Of a DNA stretch of 64,000 nt, positions 24,795 through 37,822 are shown in pieces (within the stretch, counting starts at the first letter, position 1; each line of letters begins with the position of its first letter). The stretch lies in contig CAWJZV010000025.1 in assembly GCA_963847445.1 (NCBI GenBank), positions 64,001 to 128,000 on the forward strand. The letters run 5' to 3'. The position numbers and the translations under genes are program-made. This DNA comes from an uncultured delta proteobacterium. GTDB taxonomy: Bacteria; Desulfobacterota; Binatia; UBA9968. A model generated the notes under the pieces. The model had not been told where the DNA came from and searched no databases. It worked only from the letters and a program-made list of their open reading frames with translations.

Positions 24795-25397
24795 TTATAA
24801 TTTTGAGTCGAATCCCGGATTCAGAATGCCTTTGTTCTCGGTGGCTTCCAAGTAGCGCATGAAGCGGTATTTGTTCTCGATCTCGTCGAGTTTTAGCGGC
24901 GGTAGATCTTTGGGCTGGCCGGCGTCGACTTTCACGGCGATCAAGGTCAGCTCGTTGCGCTCCCAGGCGCGCAGGAATTCACCGCGAAACGCTTCCAGTG
25001 AGTCGACCCACATGGCGTGTGGGTAACCCGCTCCTTTGGCGATGGCCACCGCATCGGTGCTGCGCGACGCGGTAGCGGTGCCGCCGGACGCTTCATAGAT
25101 TTCGTTGTCGAAAAGCAGATGAACGAGATTTCCCGGGCTCTGTTGGGCGATGGTTGGCAGGCCGCATAGGTTCATCAGAAAGGCGCCGTCGCCATCGATG
25201 GCAATCACTTTGCGATGCGGTAAAGCGATGGCTAAACCTGCGGCGATGGAGGAAACCAAGCCGAGGGTGCGGGTCTTGAGATTGCCGTCGCTGGGGCGCA
25301 CGGCCCACCATTCGCGCGAGCCCCAACCGGTGGATACCACCAGGGCGTCCTGCGACGTCGCACCGATCGCTTTCAGATAGTCATAACGTTGCATCAT
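24795..25397 (-). CDS. comE: ThDP-dependent decarboxylase beta subunit (sulfopyruvate decarboxylase ComE-like)
   Basis: DGDGAFLMN...FDNEIY ThDP motif. 4-bp overlap with the alpha subunit gene. Confidence 0.75.
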   Translation of the reverse strand: MMQRYDYLKAIGATSQDALVVSTGWGSREWWAVRPSDGNLKTRTLGLVSSIAAGLAIALPHRKVIAIDGDGAFLMNLCGLPTIAQQSPGNLVHLLFDNEIYEASGGTATASRSTDAVAIAKGAGYPHAMWVDSLEAFRGEFLRAWERNELTLIAVKVDAGQPKDLPPLKLDEIENKYRFMRYLEATENKGILNPGFDSKL

Positions 25398-25906
25398 TTT
25401 ACTCCCAGGACGCTCTTGGTCAGTAGCACCGCCACCGGTTTTTTCGAATCGTCAGCGAGAATCTGCGCGCCGGCCAGGACCTCATCGATGTCTTCTGGCT
25501 TGCGCAACACGTAGCTGCGGAACCCCATCGCCTGCAAGACCGGTTCGGTGACCGCGCCGAGGGTGGTAAAGCCGCGGTCGCCGATATCGCCGGCGTAGTA
25601 GATCAGCATCAAGATCGGGATCTGCAACTGCAACGACGTGGTGGTCAGAGCGTTGCAGCTATTCAAAAAGCCAGCGTTCTGCATGATGATCGCGGTCTTC
25701 TTGCCGGCTAGATAGGCGCCGGCGCAAATGCCGATGCCTTCTTCCTCGCGGCACAGCGGTACGTGCTTTAGCTGTCGGTCGCGTTCGACGGCACGGATCA
25801 CTTCGAGCATTTTCTCGTCCGGCAGGGTGGCGACAAAGTCGATGCCGGCCTTTTTCAAGCCGGCGACGATGGCCGCGCCGGCAGCCGAGGGATCGTTGGT
25901 TGCCAT
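25394..25906 (-). CDS. comD: Sulfopyruvate decarboxylase alpha subunit-like
   Basis: REEEGIGICAGAYLAGKK..MQNAG. Confidence 0.75.
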   Translation of the reverse strand: MATNDPSAAGAAIVAGLKKAGIDFVATLPDEKMLEVIRAVERDRQLKHVPLCREEEGIGICAGAYLAGKKTAIIMQNAGFLNSCNALTTTSLQLQIPILMLIYYAGDIGDRGFTTLGAVTEPVLQAMGFRSYVLRKPEDIDEVLAGAQILADDSKKPVAVLLTKSVLGVK

Positions 25907-26053
25907 ATTGTTCCTAGGGTTGAGAGATTCGCATGATTTGCTTTTCCGTTTCGACTATCGCTACTGTGAATTCCATGATGATGTCAAGGCAGCGACCGGG
26001 GACAATACTCTTGACAGCAGAACGACAAAGTTTGTAGGGATGGGTTACCAACC

Positions 26054-26440
26054 ATGACGGAAAAAGAAGTCAAAGTCAGCAAACAGCATGTCTGGGTCGG
26101 CGTCGAAGACCGGCATGTCCATCTCGGACTCACCAACTATATTCAGGGTGCGCTCGGTTCGGTGCTTTCGGTGGAGCTACCAGATGTCGGCGACAGCATC
26201 GAAGAGGGCGAGATCTTTGCCGAGATCGAGTCAGCCTCGACGGTGCATGAGTTGATCTCGCCGGTCACCGGCACAGTGATGGCGGTCAATTCGACGTTAG
26301 AGGACAATCCCGCGGTCATCAACGAAGATCCCTATAGCGAAGGCTGGCTCATCGAAGTGCGCTTAAAGAATGAGCAGGAACTCGACTCTCTTATGGACAT
26401 GGATGAATATTACCATTTCGTCTTCAAAGATAAGTCCTAG
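26054..26440 (+). CDS. gcvH: Glycine cleavage H-protein paralog lacking the lipoyl Lys
   Basis: HVWV, GLTNYIQGALG, VELPDVG, SPVTGTV and INEDPYSEGWL. The ESVK motif is replaced by ESAS. Confidence 0.8.
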   Translation: MTEKEVKVSKQHVWVGVEDRHVHLGLTNYIQGALGSVLSVELPDVGDSIEEGEIFAEIESASTVHELISPVTGTVMAVNSTLEDNPAVINEDPYSEGWLIEVRLKNEQELDSLMDMDEYYHFVFKDKS

Positions 26441-26595
26441 ATTCGAATGATCTCGGCTTTATCCCCATGCATGTTACTTGTAGAGCCGCCGCTGATTGAA
26501 AAAGCCGGCGGATTGTTATGACGCGCGGTGATGCGGCGCAAACTCAGAGTTGGTGCGAAAGCGCCCGTTTCGCAGCAATGAGTCGATCCAAGCAC

Positions 26596-28317
<1,722 letters not shown>

Positions 28318-28319
28318 AA

Positions 28320-29017
28320 GAGCTGGGCACCGCAGTTCCGGCGAGCGGCAAAGCACGGCCGCGCGGGCCAGAGCCCGCGCAAGAAAAAACCGAGCGCGCT
28401 ACTGCCATCGCTGCCGGCCTAGCGAGTCTCTACCGTGAGGTCGAGTGCCCGCTCACTCACCGTAACAATTTCGAGCTGCTGGTGGCGGTGATTCTGTCCG
28501 CCCAGTGTACGGATGCCGCGGTGAACAAAGTCACGCCGAGCTTATTCGCACGCTATCCCGACCCCTTCGCGCTCTCGCAAGCTTCTTTAGCCGATATCGA
28601 GGCTGGTATTCGCACCCTCGGATTGTTTCGCGCCAAAGCCAAATCGCTCAAGCGTTGCGCCGAACAGTTGGTCTTAGATCACAACGGCGAAGTGCCGTCA
28701 TCGATGGAAGATCTCACCAAGCTTGCGGGTGTCGGCAGAAAAACCGCCAATGTAATTCGCGGCCACGCCTTCGGCGAGCCGGGCATCGCCGTCGACACCC
28801 ACTGCCGCCGCTTGGCGCGCCGGTTGGGGCTAACCCGGCAGCAAATCCAGCGAAGATCGAAACCGACCTGGCGCGTCTCCTGCCACCCGCGGAATGGACT
28901 AATTTCTCGCATCGGCTGATTATTCATGGACGGCGCGTATGTTTTGCCCGCAAGCCGGCCTGTCCACGTTGTCTGTTGAGCCGCTTCTGCCCGTCGGCGA
29001 ATTGTCAACCTAGCTGA
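28320..29017 (+). CDS. nth: Endonuclease III (start uncertain, frameshift near 28845)
   Basis: FELLVAVILSAQCTD, HhH motif LAGVGRKTANV, AVDTH and Fe-S motif C-x6-C-x2-C-x5-C. Confidence 0.88.
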
Positions 29018-29091
29018 ACCCCCTGGTCGATTGACAACTTAACTCGAATTCCGCAGTGGCCCATCAGCCGCCGCTCCGCCAGCGCGATCGG

Positions 29092-29953
29092 CTAGAACTC
29101 GAAGGCTACCTCCAGCTTTGAATCCGGCGACGCAAGATGGACGCAAACCACTTCTCTGGTCTGAAGCGGGTATGGTTTACTGGTAGTCTCGTAGACTTCC
29201 GGTGGCAGCATGGTGAGTTCGACACCGTCTTCAGAAAGCTTGGCGCAGGCATTGCCGTTGGCGATGTTGACGAATTCCTTAGACGCGTCCAAAGCCAGTT
29301 CATCGGCGGTGCTGATGGTGTCGTCCAGCATCGTCGAGGCCATCTGCAACAGCAGCTTGGGCGGTACCGACAACAGACAGTTGAATTCGACGTTGTCGCC
29401 GGCGATCTTTTGCGCGATCACCCAGCGGAAAAGCCGCAACTTTCTCTTTACCGCTTTCACAGCGTTCGATGATGATGTCCTGCTTGCCGAAACGAGTGAA
29501 CATCATCAGCATCAAGTCGGTAAAAGTCTTGACGATGTCTTTGTGCGCAAGCGCGCCGAACGCGTCGCTGACTTCCGAGGAGAATTTCTCAGTTTCCTTG
29601 TTGTATTCCTTGAGCTCGCGTTCGAGAGCCTCCATCGTCAGAAACCCTCTGATCACCAGCGCTTCGCCCAATCGCACTCGGTGACTGGTCTCTTGGACTT
29701 GCAAGAAGGTCGTCGACCTGTGCCTGCGTTAAATGGCCCAATGCAAGCGCCAATTCGCCAAAGCGCAAAGTCTTGCGTTTTTGTTGCGTCATAATTTCGT
29801 TGATCTGCACCGCCGTAAGCCAGCCCCGTTCCATGGCTATGGTGCCGATCGGCAGCGGAGATCGATTTTTGAAACTCCAGAGCAGTGAGCAACTGCTGCG
29901 AAGTAATTCGGCCCTCTCTCGAGCAAATACTGTCCAAAAAATCTCGTGCTCAT
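29092..29953 (-). CDS. MshEN-like repeat / CheX-CheC phosphatase fusion (several frameshifts)
   Basis: Reconstructed motifs FFGQYLLERGRIT, PIGTIAMERGWLT, RFGELALALGHLT and RLGEALVIRGFLT. C-terminal DASKEFVNIANGN...LPPEV. Confidence 0.7.
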
Positions 29954-30334
29954 AGTTCCACCCCGGCTTCCTGGCAGACATTTTTGAGGTGCGCCAACAT
30001 GTTCTCCTTCTGCAGCGGTTTTTGCAGGAAGCTCTTGGCGCCTTTCTTGAGACATTCCTGGACCGTCGCCTCGGTGCCGATGGAACTCACCATCACCACG
30101 CAGGCGCCAGTGTCGAAAGTGAGCAAACGCTCGAGGGTGTCGACGCCGGTCACTTCCGGCATGACGACATCGAGCAGCACTAGTTGCGGTTTGAGCTCCT
30201 TAAATTTCTCCACGGCCTCGGGGCCACTACTGGCGGTGGCGACGACTTCGAAATTACTGCCGCTTAACTGTGCCGACGAGCATGGCGAGCATCGTTTTGG
30301 AGTCGTCGACCGCGAGAACCTTTACTTTATTCAT
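29950..30334 (-). CDS. CheY-like single-domain response regulator (frameshifted)
   Basis: VLAVDDS, LVLLDVVMP, MVSS and LQKP. Confidence 0.85.
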
Positions 30335-30436
30335 GATTTTATTCTCCTTCCTAAATTGCCTTGGATTTGACTTGGGCGACTTTGTTAATATCTATGCCAA
30401 TGATTCTTGTTCATCTTTCGCACCGGCACCCTGCGC

Positions 30437-31542
<1,106 letters not shown>

Positions 31543-31546
<4 letters not shown>

Positions 31547-32484
31547 TGGGCTGGTTCCACTCCATGGCTTTTGGGCTCTAGGGCCGGTTGCCGTTGACTG
31601 CAGTTGGTGTAAATCGTCGGTAACACATAGCGAACCCGGTCGGTGACGCTATGCAAACTTTCGGCATGACCGACGAACAGATAACCATTTGGCGCGAGGT
31701 GGTCGATCAGCCGCGCGATCGTTCCAGCGCGAGACTCGGAGTCAAAATAGATCAGGACATTGCGGCAAAAGATCAGGTCGAAATTGCCCTCGACCGGGTA
31801 ACGCTGCTCGTTTAAGTTGAGCCGCTCGAAGCGAATCACCGAGCGTAGCTCAGCGCCGGCTTTCATTTTGCCATTCTGTTCGCCGGTTCCCTCGAGCATG
31901 TATTTCTTAAGATACTCATTGGGGAATCTCGCCGGCCTTGGCGATCGGCCAGACCGCTGCCGCGGCAGCGGCGAGTACGCGGGTCGATAGATCTGTCGCC
32001 AAAATCTCAAAGTCCCAACCCGAGCCCGGTGGAAAGTGATCCCACAGCATCATGGCGATGGAGTAGGGTTCTTCACCGGTGGAACAAGCCGCGCTCCAGA
32101 TTCGAATATGTCGGCTGCCGCCAGCCGACCTGACCCTGTGACTTCCACCCAGGAATCACTTGTTTTTCGAGGAACTCGAACTGCCTGGGCTCGCGAAAGA
32201 AATGAGTTTCGTTGGTGGCTATGCGGTTGAGCAGGACGATTAGCTCTTCACTGTCGTCGACGGCTTGGATATATCGGTAATACGCCTCGAACGAACTTAG
32301 CCCGAGTTCGCGCAGACGTCGCGTCAGCCGTGCTTCGAGCAAGGCTTTTTTTGCCGGCGCAAGATGGATTCCCGCCTTGCTGTAGATTAACTTTTGGAAC
32401 AGCGCGAACTCACGATCCGTGACCGGACGGATAACCTGATCGGCGGTCGATTGAGTGGGCGCGGCATTGCTGGAGTGATGTCAT
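31543..32484 (-). CDS. cheR: Chemotaxis methyltransferase (frameshifted)
   Basis: ATNETHFFRE, WSAACSTGEEPYS, FDLIFCRNVLIYF and GHAESL. Confidence 0.92.
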
Positions 32485-32719
32485 GGTCCTTAGTGCGAAT
32501 TCATGCTCGTATAGTGGCTTTCAGTGTCTTGGAGCCTAGACGCTGCCGGCTCACTCCAGGGTACATTTGGGTCGTTCATTTCTTTTCTGCCTTTGCTCGC
32601 CGTCATCTTAAACGCATCTGCGTTAGAATCGCTGATAATCTCGATTATCGTCGAGCTCTCGCTGTCGCCGTGGATTGCCTGCACCCGTCGGGTTCGACGG
32701 TGCACGCGCCGAGGATGTT

Positions 32720-34202
32720 TCATCTGGCGGCCGTAATGCGGGTGTGTTTGGACTGGGCGGTGGCGGGCTGCGCCGATCTGTCCGTGCCAAGGTCCTCAGG
32801 GTAGATCCGAAACGAGCTCACCAACTTCTGTAGCTCTTGCGCTTGGGTCGCGAGTTCTCCGGCTGTGCTCGTCAGTTCTTCAGCTGCCGCCGCGTTGGTT
32901 TGGGTGACTCGGTCCACCTGATTCATCGCCTGATTGACTTGATAGACACCCGTGCCTTGCTCGCGCGACGCCGTTGTCACTTCTTGGACCAACTCCACTG
33001 TCTTCCGAATGGTCGGAACGAGATTCTTCAACAATATCCCGGAACGTTCCGCGACTTTGAGACTGGAAGTCGTTAACGAGCTGATTTCTTGAGCCGCAGT
33101 TTGGCTCCGTTCGGCCAGTTTCCTGACCTCGGTGGCAACCACGGCAAATCCTTTGCCATGTTCGCCGGCGCGGGCCGCCTCAATCGCGGCGTTGAGCGCG
33201 AGCAGATTGGTTTGGTAGGCGATCTCTTCAACGATGGTAATTTTCTCGGCGATGGTATTCATCGCGTCGAGTGACTCCGCCACCGCCTTGCCGGATTCTT
33301 CCACCTGCTTCGCACCGGCGAGCAGCCATCTGTTCCATTTGCCGACTGTTGTCCACGTTTTGACCGATCGAGGCGTTGATTTGCTGCAGACTCGAAGTCG
33401 TTTCCTCAACCGAGGCGGCTTGCTCGTTGGTGCCCTGTGAGAGCACCTCCGCCGCCGATGAGAGTTGATTGGATGCCAGCGCAACTGTGTCCGCCGACAT
33501 GCGGACCTGGGCAATGACGAGAGTGAGCTTATCGACAAACTGATTGAACGAACGCGCGACATCGCCGATTTCGTTGTCGGCGCTATTATAGTCGATGCGC
33601 TTGGTCAAATCGCCGTCGCCTTGGGCGATCTCTTTAAGGCGAGCGGCGACCAGTGACAGCGGCCGGGAAATCTCCCGACGCATCAAAATGGTCAACACGA
33701 TAAAAAGGAAAGCTAGACCAACCGCTTCGCGCAAGATGATGCTCCACCAGCCGCGATTGAGCAATCGTTCAACCGACGCTGTCGAAATCCATATGGTAAC
33801 TGAGCCGACAGCTTCCGTGGTATTGAAAAACACCGGGCGGGTGACGGCTAGCGTTGCCGTCAGGTCCTTTTTCTCCCCACGAAATGTGTTGATCTTTCCA
33901 GAGCTGTCTTTAACCTCGATGTACTTAATAGCCGGATCGTTGCCGAAGGCTGCAACCGTCCCGTTGATTTTGTACTGATTGAACGTGAACATCGAGCTGG
34001 CGATGTTGTTAGCTAAAAGTTCGGCGGTGCGCTCGGCCTGTTTTTCTATTTCCGCCAGCAGCGTCCGGCGCTCGCTGTAACTGGTCACGATCGTCGAAAT
34101 GATGCCGACTACCAGTAAGGCCATGCCGGTTACCAGGCTGAAACGAAAAACCAAACTATTCGTGCGCCGTTCGCGAATCTGATTGAAGTTGAAAACCTTC
34201 AT
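32720..34202 (-). CDS. Methyl-accepting chemotaxis protein (frameshifted)
   Basis: 2 TM segments, periplasmic domain, HAMP (GDGDLTKRI) and [30 protein letters not shown]. Confidence 0.9.
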
Positions 34203-34242
34203 AGAGTTGTCTTATTACCGACTTGATGGTCACCTGCGCTTT

Positions 34243-35496
34243 TTATAATTCAGTGCCCCACTGGGAACGTTTGAAACGTGGTCCTCGGGTCACGCTATTT
34301 GGTTCGCCGTGCACCGAAGGCTGGCGGTCACGGCGGGATGGGCCTTGACCGGCACGGCTACCCTCCGGCTCGCCGTCATGGGTCTGAGAAGCGGTGTTGG
34401 TCGGAGTTGAGCCCACGCTGGAGCGCGTTTCGGACTTGCTTTCTCTAAATACGCTCATGAGCAGTTGTACGTTCTCGGCGTGGGCAGCGGTTTGATCGGC
34501 GGTATTTGCGAGCTCTTCCGCCTGCGCCGCGTTGCGTTGGGTCACTTTGTCGACTTGCATCATAGCTCTGTTGACTTGGGCTACACCGCTGGCCTGTTCT
34601 CTCGATGCCGTGGCGACCTCTTGCACCAACTCCGCGGTCTTGCGGATCGACGCTACCAACTCTTTCAAGGCTTTTCCCGAACGTTCCGCAACGCTGACGC
34701 TCGAAGAGGTAAGTGAGCTGATGTCACGCGCCGCGATCTGGCTTCTTTCGGCCAATTTTCTGACTTCGCTGGCGACCACAGCGAAGCCTTTGCCATGTTC
34801 GCCGGCGCGCGCCGCTTCGATGGCGGCGTTCAAAGCCAGGAGGTTGGTCTGATAGGCGATCTCCTCGACGATGGTGATTTTCTCGGCGATAGTTTTCATC
34901 GCGTGCACCGATTCACCGACGACCTGGCTGCAGTGCGCCAGCTCTTGCGCACCATCCAGCGCCATTTGTTCCATCTGGCGGGAGTTAGCCGCGTTCTGGT
35001 TGATCGAAGCGTTGATTTCCTCCAGGCTCGCGGTGGTTTCTTGCACCGCGGCGGCGTGCTCGCTGGCGGTCTGCGTCAGGCTCTGTGCGGAGGCGGCGAT
35101 TTCGTTGGAAGCTTTGGATAAAGCGTCGGCGGTGCCGATCACCCATTCGATCGATTCGTGGAGATTATCGGTAAAACTATTGTAAGCGCGCGCGACGTCG
35201 CCGAGCTCGTCGCCCCGGTCGGTCGCTTTAACCCATCTGAGTAAACCCGATTGGCCGTGATTGTGATTGTTAAAACGGTCGGCGAAATCTAGCAGCGGCC
35301 GGGCGATGCTGGCCGCCAAATACCTGGCTGTCAGGCAATTTAGCATAACCAATGCCGCCCCAGAGCCGAGGATGACTTCGATACTCGCGCCTTGCGCAGC
35401 CAAAGTGCCACAGAAGGCATAGCCAAGCGTGAAAAAAACGCAAACCAAGTAAAACTTTTTTCTGATTGAGAGCTGTCTTTGTAAATGGCGTAACAT
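34243..35496 (-). CDS. Methyl-accepting chemotaxis protein without a periplasmic sensor domain
   Basis: TM hairpin, HAMP-like region and [35 protein letters not shown]. Confidence 0.9.
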   Translation of the reverse strand: MLRHLQRQLSIRKKFYLVCVFFTLGYAFCGTLAAQGASIEVILGSGAALVMLNCLTARYLAASIARPLLDFADRFNNHNHGQSGLLRWVKATDRGDELGDVARAYNSFTDNLHESIEWVIGTADALSKASNEIAASAQSLTQTASEHAAAVQETTASLEEINASINQNAANSRQMEQMALDGAQELAHCSQVVGESVHAMKTIAEKITIVEEIAYQTNLLALNAAIEAARAGEHGKGFAVVASEVRKLAERSQIAARDISSLTSSSVSVAERSGKALKELVASIRKTAELVQEVATASREQASGVAQVNRAMMQVDKVTQRNAAQAEELANTADQTAAHAENVQLLMSVFRESKSETRSSVGSTPTNTASQTHDGEPEGSRAGQGPSRRDRQPSVHGEPNSVTRGPRFKRSQWGTEL

Positions 35497-35583
35497 AGCG
35501 ACTACCCTCTCACGGTATCGGAATGTTTGATTTCCACGCCGTTGGCGCGTAATTCGGTTGTCCAGGCGGACGGCTTAAATGAA

Positions 35584-37202
35584 CTATCGCCAGCGCCGGG
35601 TACTTGCTCCCCATTGGCTTTTTGCCGTGGCGCCCCGGGTTGCCGTGTCGCCGAGCCAGGATTGTCTCTCAATCGCGTATGGCAGAGGATTACGCTGCAA
35701 TTTTTTTCCGGCATGGGCCGTGTCGATTCGGAACGCTGTCAAGAGTTGTTGCAGGCTCTTTGCCTGATCGGCCATTTGCTCGGCGGTGCTGGAGAGTTGT
35801 TCGGCGGCTGCGGCGTTTCTCTGGGTGACCTGATCCATGTGAGTCATGGCTTTGTTGACTTGGGAAACGCCGACGGACTGTTCTCTGGAGGCGGTGGCGA
35901 CTTCCTGGACCAGCTCGGCGGTTTTTCGGATCGACGGGACCAAATCTTTGAGCACCGTTCCCGAGCGTTCGGCGATTCGCACGCTGCGAAGTGGTGAGCG
36001 AGCCGATCTCCTGGGCGGCTTGCTGACTTCGTTCGGCGAGCTTTCTCACTTCGGTGGCGACCACGGCGAATCCTTTGCCATGTTCGCCGGCGCGCGCCGC
36101 TTCGATGGCGGCGTTCAAAGCGAGGAGGTTGGTCTGGTAAGCGATTTCCTCGACGATGGTAATTTTCTCGGCGATGGAATTCATCGCATCGACCGCTTCG
36201 GAGACGGTTTTGCCACTCTGTTCCACTTCACCGGCGCCCTTGAGTGCCATTTGTTCCATCTGTTTACTGTTGTCGGCGTTCTGCGCGATCGACGCATTCA
36301 TCTGCTCGAGACTAGCGCAGGATTCCTCGACAGAAGCGGCTTGTTCGCTGGTGCCCTGAGAGAGCATTTGCGCCGAGGTACGCAACCTGCGTCGACGCGG
36401 CGGAGATACCATCCGCGGCCGACTTAATCGACTGCACCATTTCACGCAGCTGGGCGACCATGTCGCCACAAGCCAATTGCATCTTGCCAATCTCATCCTC
36501 GCCCTGCACCGTGACGGTCTGACTGAGATCGCCTTTAGAAACAGTTTGGGCGAGAGACACCAGATTGTAGATCGGTCCTGAGATCCACTTTTGAACAATA
36601 AAGAAAACTCCGATTGCGGAAAGCGCCAGCGATACCAACGCCAGGACGACAAAAAGCCCGGTCATTCTTTGCTGCGCCCGGTGCACGGCTTCCGCTCGAT
36701 AAACCAGCGCGACGTACACCGTCCCTTTCTCGTGAATGATCGGATGAAGAATATGGTAGTTGCCGCCAAGTGCCAGTGTGAGGACAGTTTTGGGGTGGTG
36801 CCCTAAACGACTCGGGATGACGCCGTGATTTGCCTGCTTTTGTTCTTCTTTGGCGTCGCGCTGAAGTACCAACTTGCCGGTTTGATCGTACACAGCGATA
36901 TGGGCGATCTCGGAGTTCGCTTTCAGCAATGCCACGACATCGCCTTGCAAAACGATAAAAACGTTCGGGTTATATCCAACTTGCGACAACACGTCTTTGA
37001 CGCGGACTATCAACGGCTGACCGATGACCGCCGAGCGTGCTTCCAGCCATTGGAGATATTCCGTTGTGAAAAACGAAATATTGATCCACGCGCCGGCTCC
37101 TAGTACCACAACTAAAAGTGCGGCAATCGCCAAAGCGACCTTAGCCTTTAGACTATTCTTTATGTGCCGCGTGATCTTTGCTGAGGCCATGAACTGGCTC
37201 AT
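35584..37202 (-). CDS. Methyl-accepting chemotaxis protein (frameshifted)
   Basis: 2 TM segments, ~130-aa periplasmic domain, HAMP ([12 protein letters not shown]) and MCP hairpin tip. Confidence 0.9.
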
Positions 37203-37287
37203 ACGCGGTACTCCTGCCGGATCATGTGCAACATTCCCTGTTTATGGATGTTTTCCCCTGTCAGCCAACTCGTTGCCTAGGGTCATC

Positions 37288-37807
37288 TTATAAGCCTGCT
37301 TCCGCAGTTGACTCCCGAGCATTGAGACCCGCCGTTACCGGCGCGAGATCGTCGGCGCCTAGGACTTTGTCGATGTCCAGGACCAAGACGAACTTATCGC
37401 CCGATTTCCCCATGCCGCGCAAAAAATCGACGCGTACCTGGGTGCCGAACGCCGGCGCCGGTAAGATGCTGTCGCCGGCCATGCTGATCACTTGGCTGAC
37501 TGAGTCGGCGACGACCCCCATGACCGTCTGCGGTGTCGTTGATATTCGCCTCGACGATAACGATGCAGGTGCGATCGGTTACCGGACTCGCGGCCAAGCC
37601 AAATTTCACGCCGAGGTCGACCACCGGAACCACATTGCCACGCAAATTAATCACGCCGCGGATCGACGCCGGGGTGTGCGGCACCTTAGTCAAAGTTCCA
37701 TAGGTGATGATTTCTTTGACTTGGAGGATGCCCACCGCATATTCCTCGCCGGCCAAATGAAAGGTCAGATATTGGGTCTGGTCGAAGCAAACTTCTTTGT
37801 CATTCAT
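37288..37807 (-). CDS. cheW: Chemotaxis adaptor CheW (frameshift near 37530)
   Basis: QYLTFHLAGEEYAV, GVINLRGNVVPVVDL and GVVADSVSQV. Confidence 0.92.
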
Positions 37808-37822
37808 ATCAATGGACCTCGC

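Noticed and set aside
30383-30400. Internal sigma54 promoter for the RR/CheX genes (TGGCATAGATATTAA)
   Set aside because: The -24 element is good but the -12 GC is missing.
32490-32723. 77-aa ORF between the MCP and cheR
   Set aside because: No RBS or motif recognised. It may be a frameshifted MCP tail.
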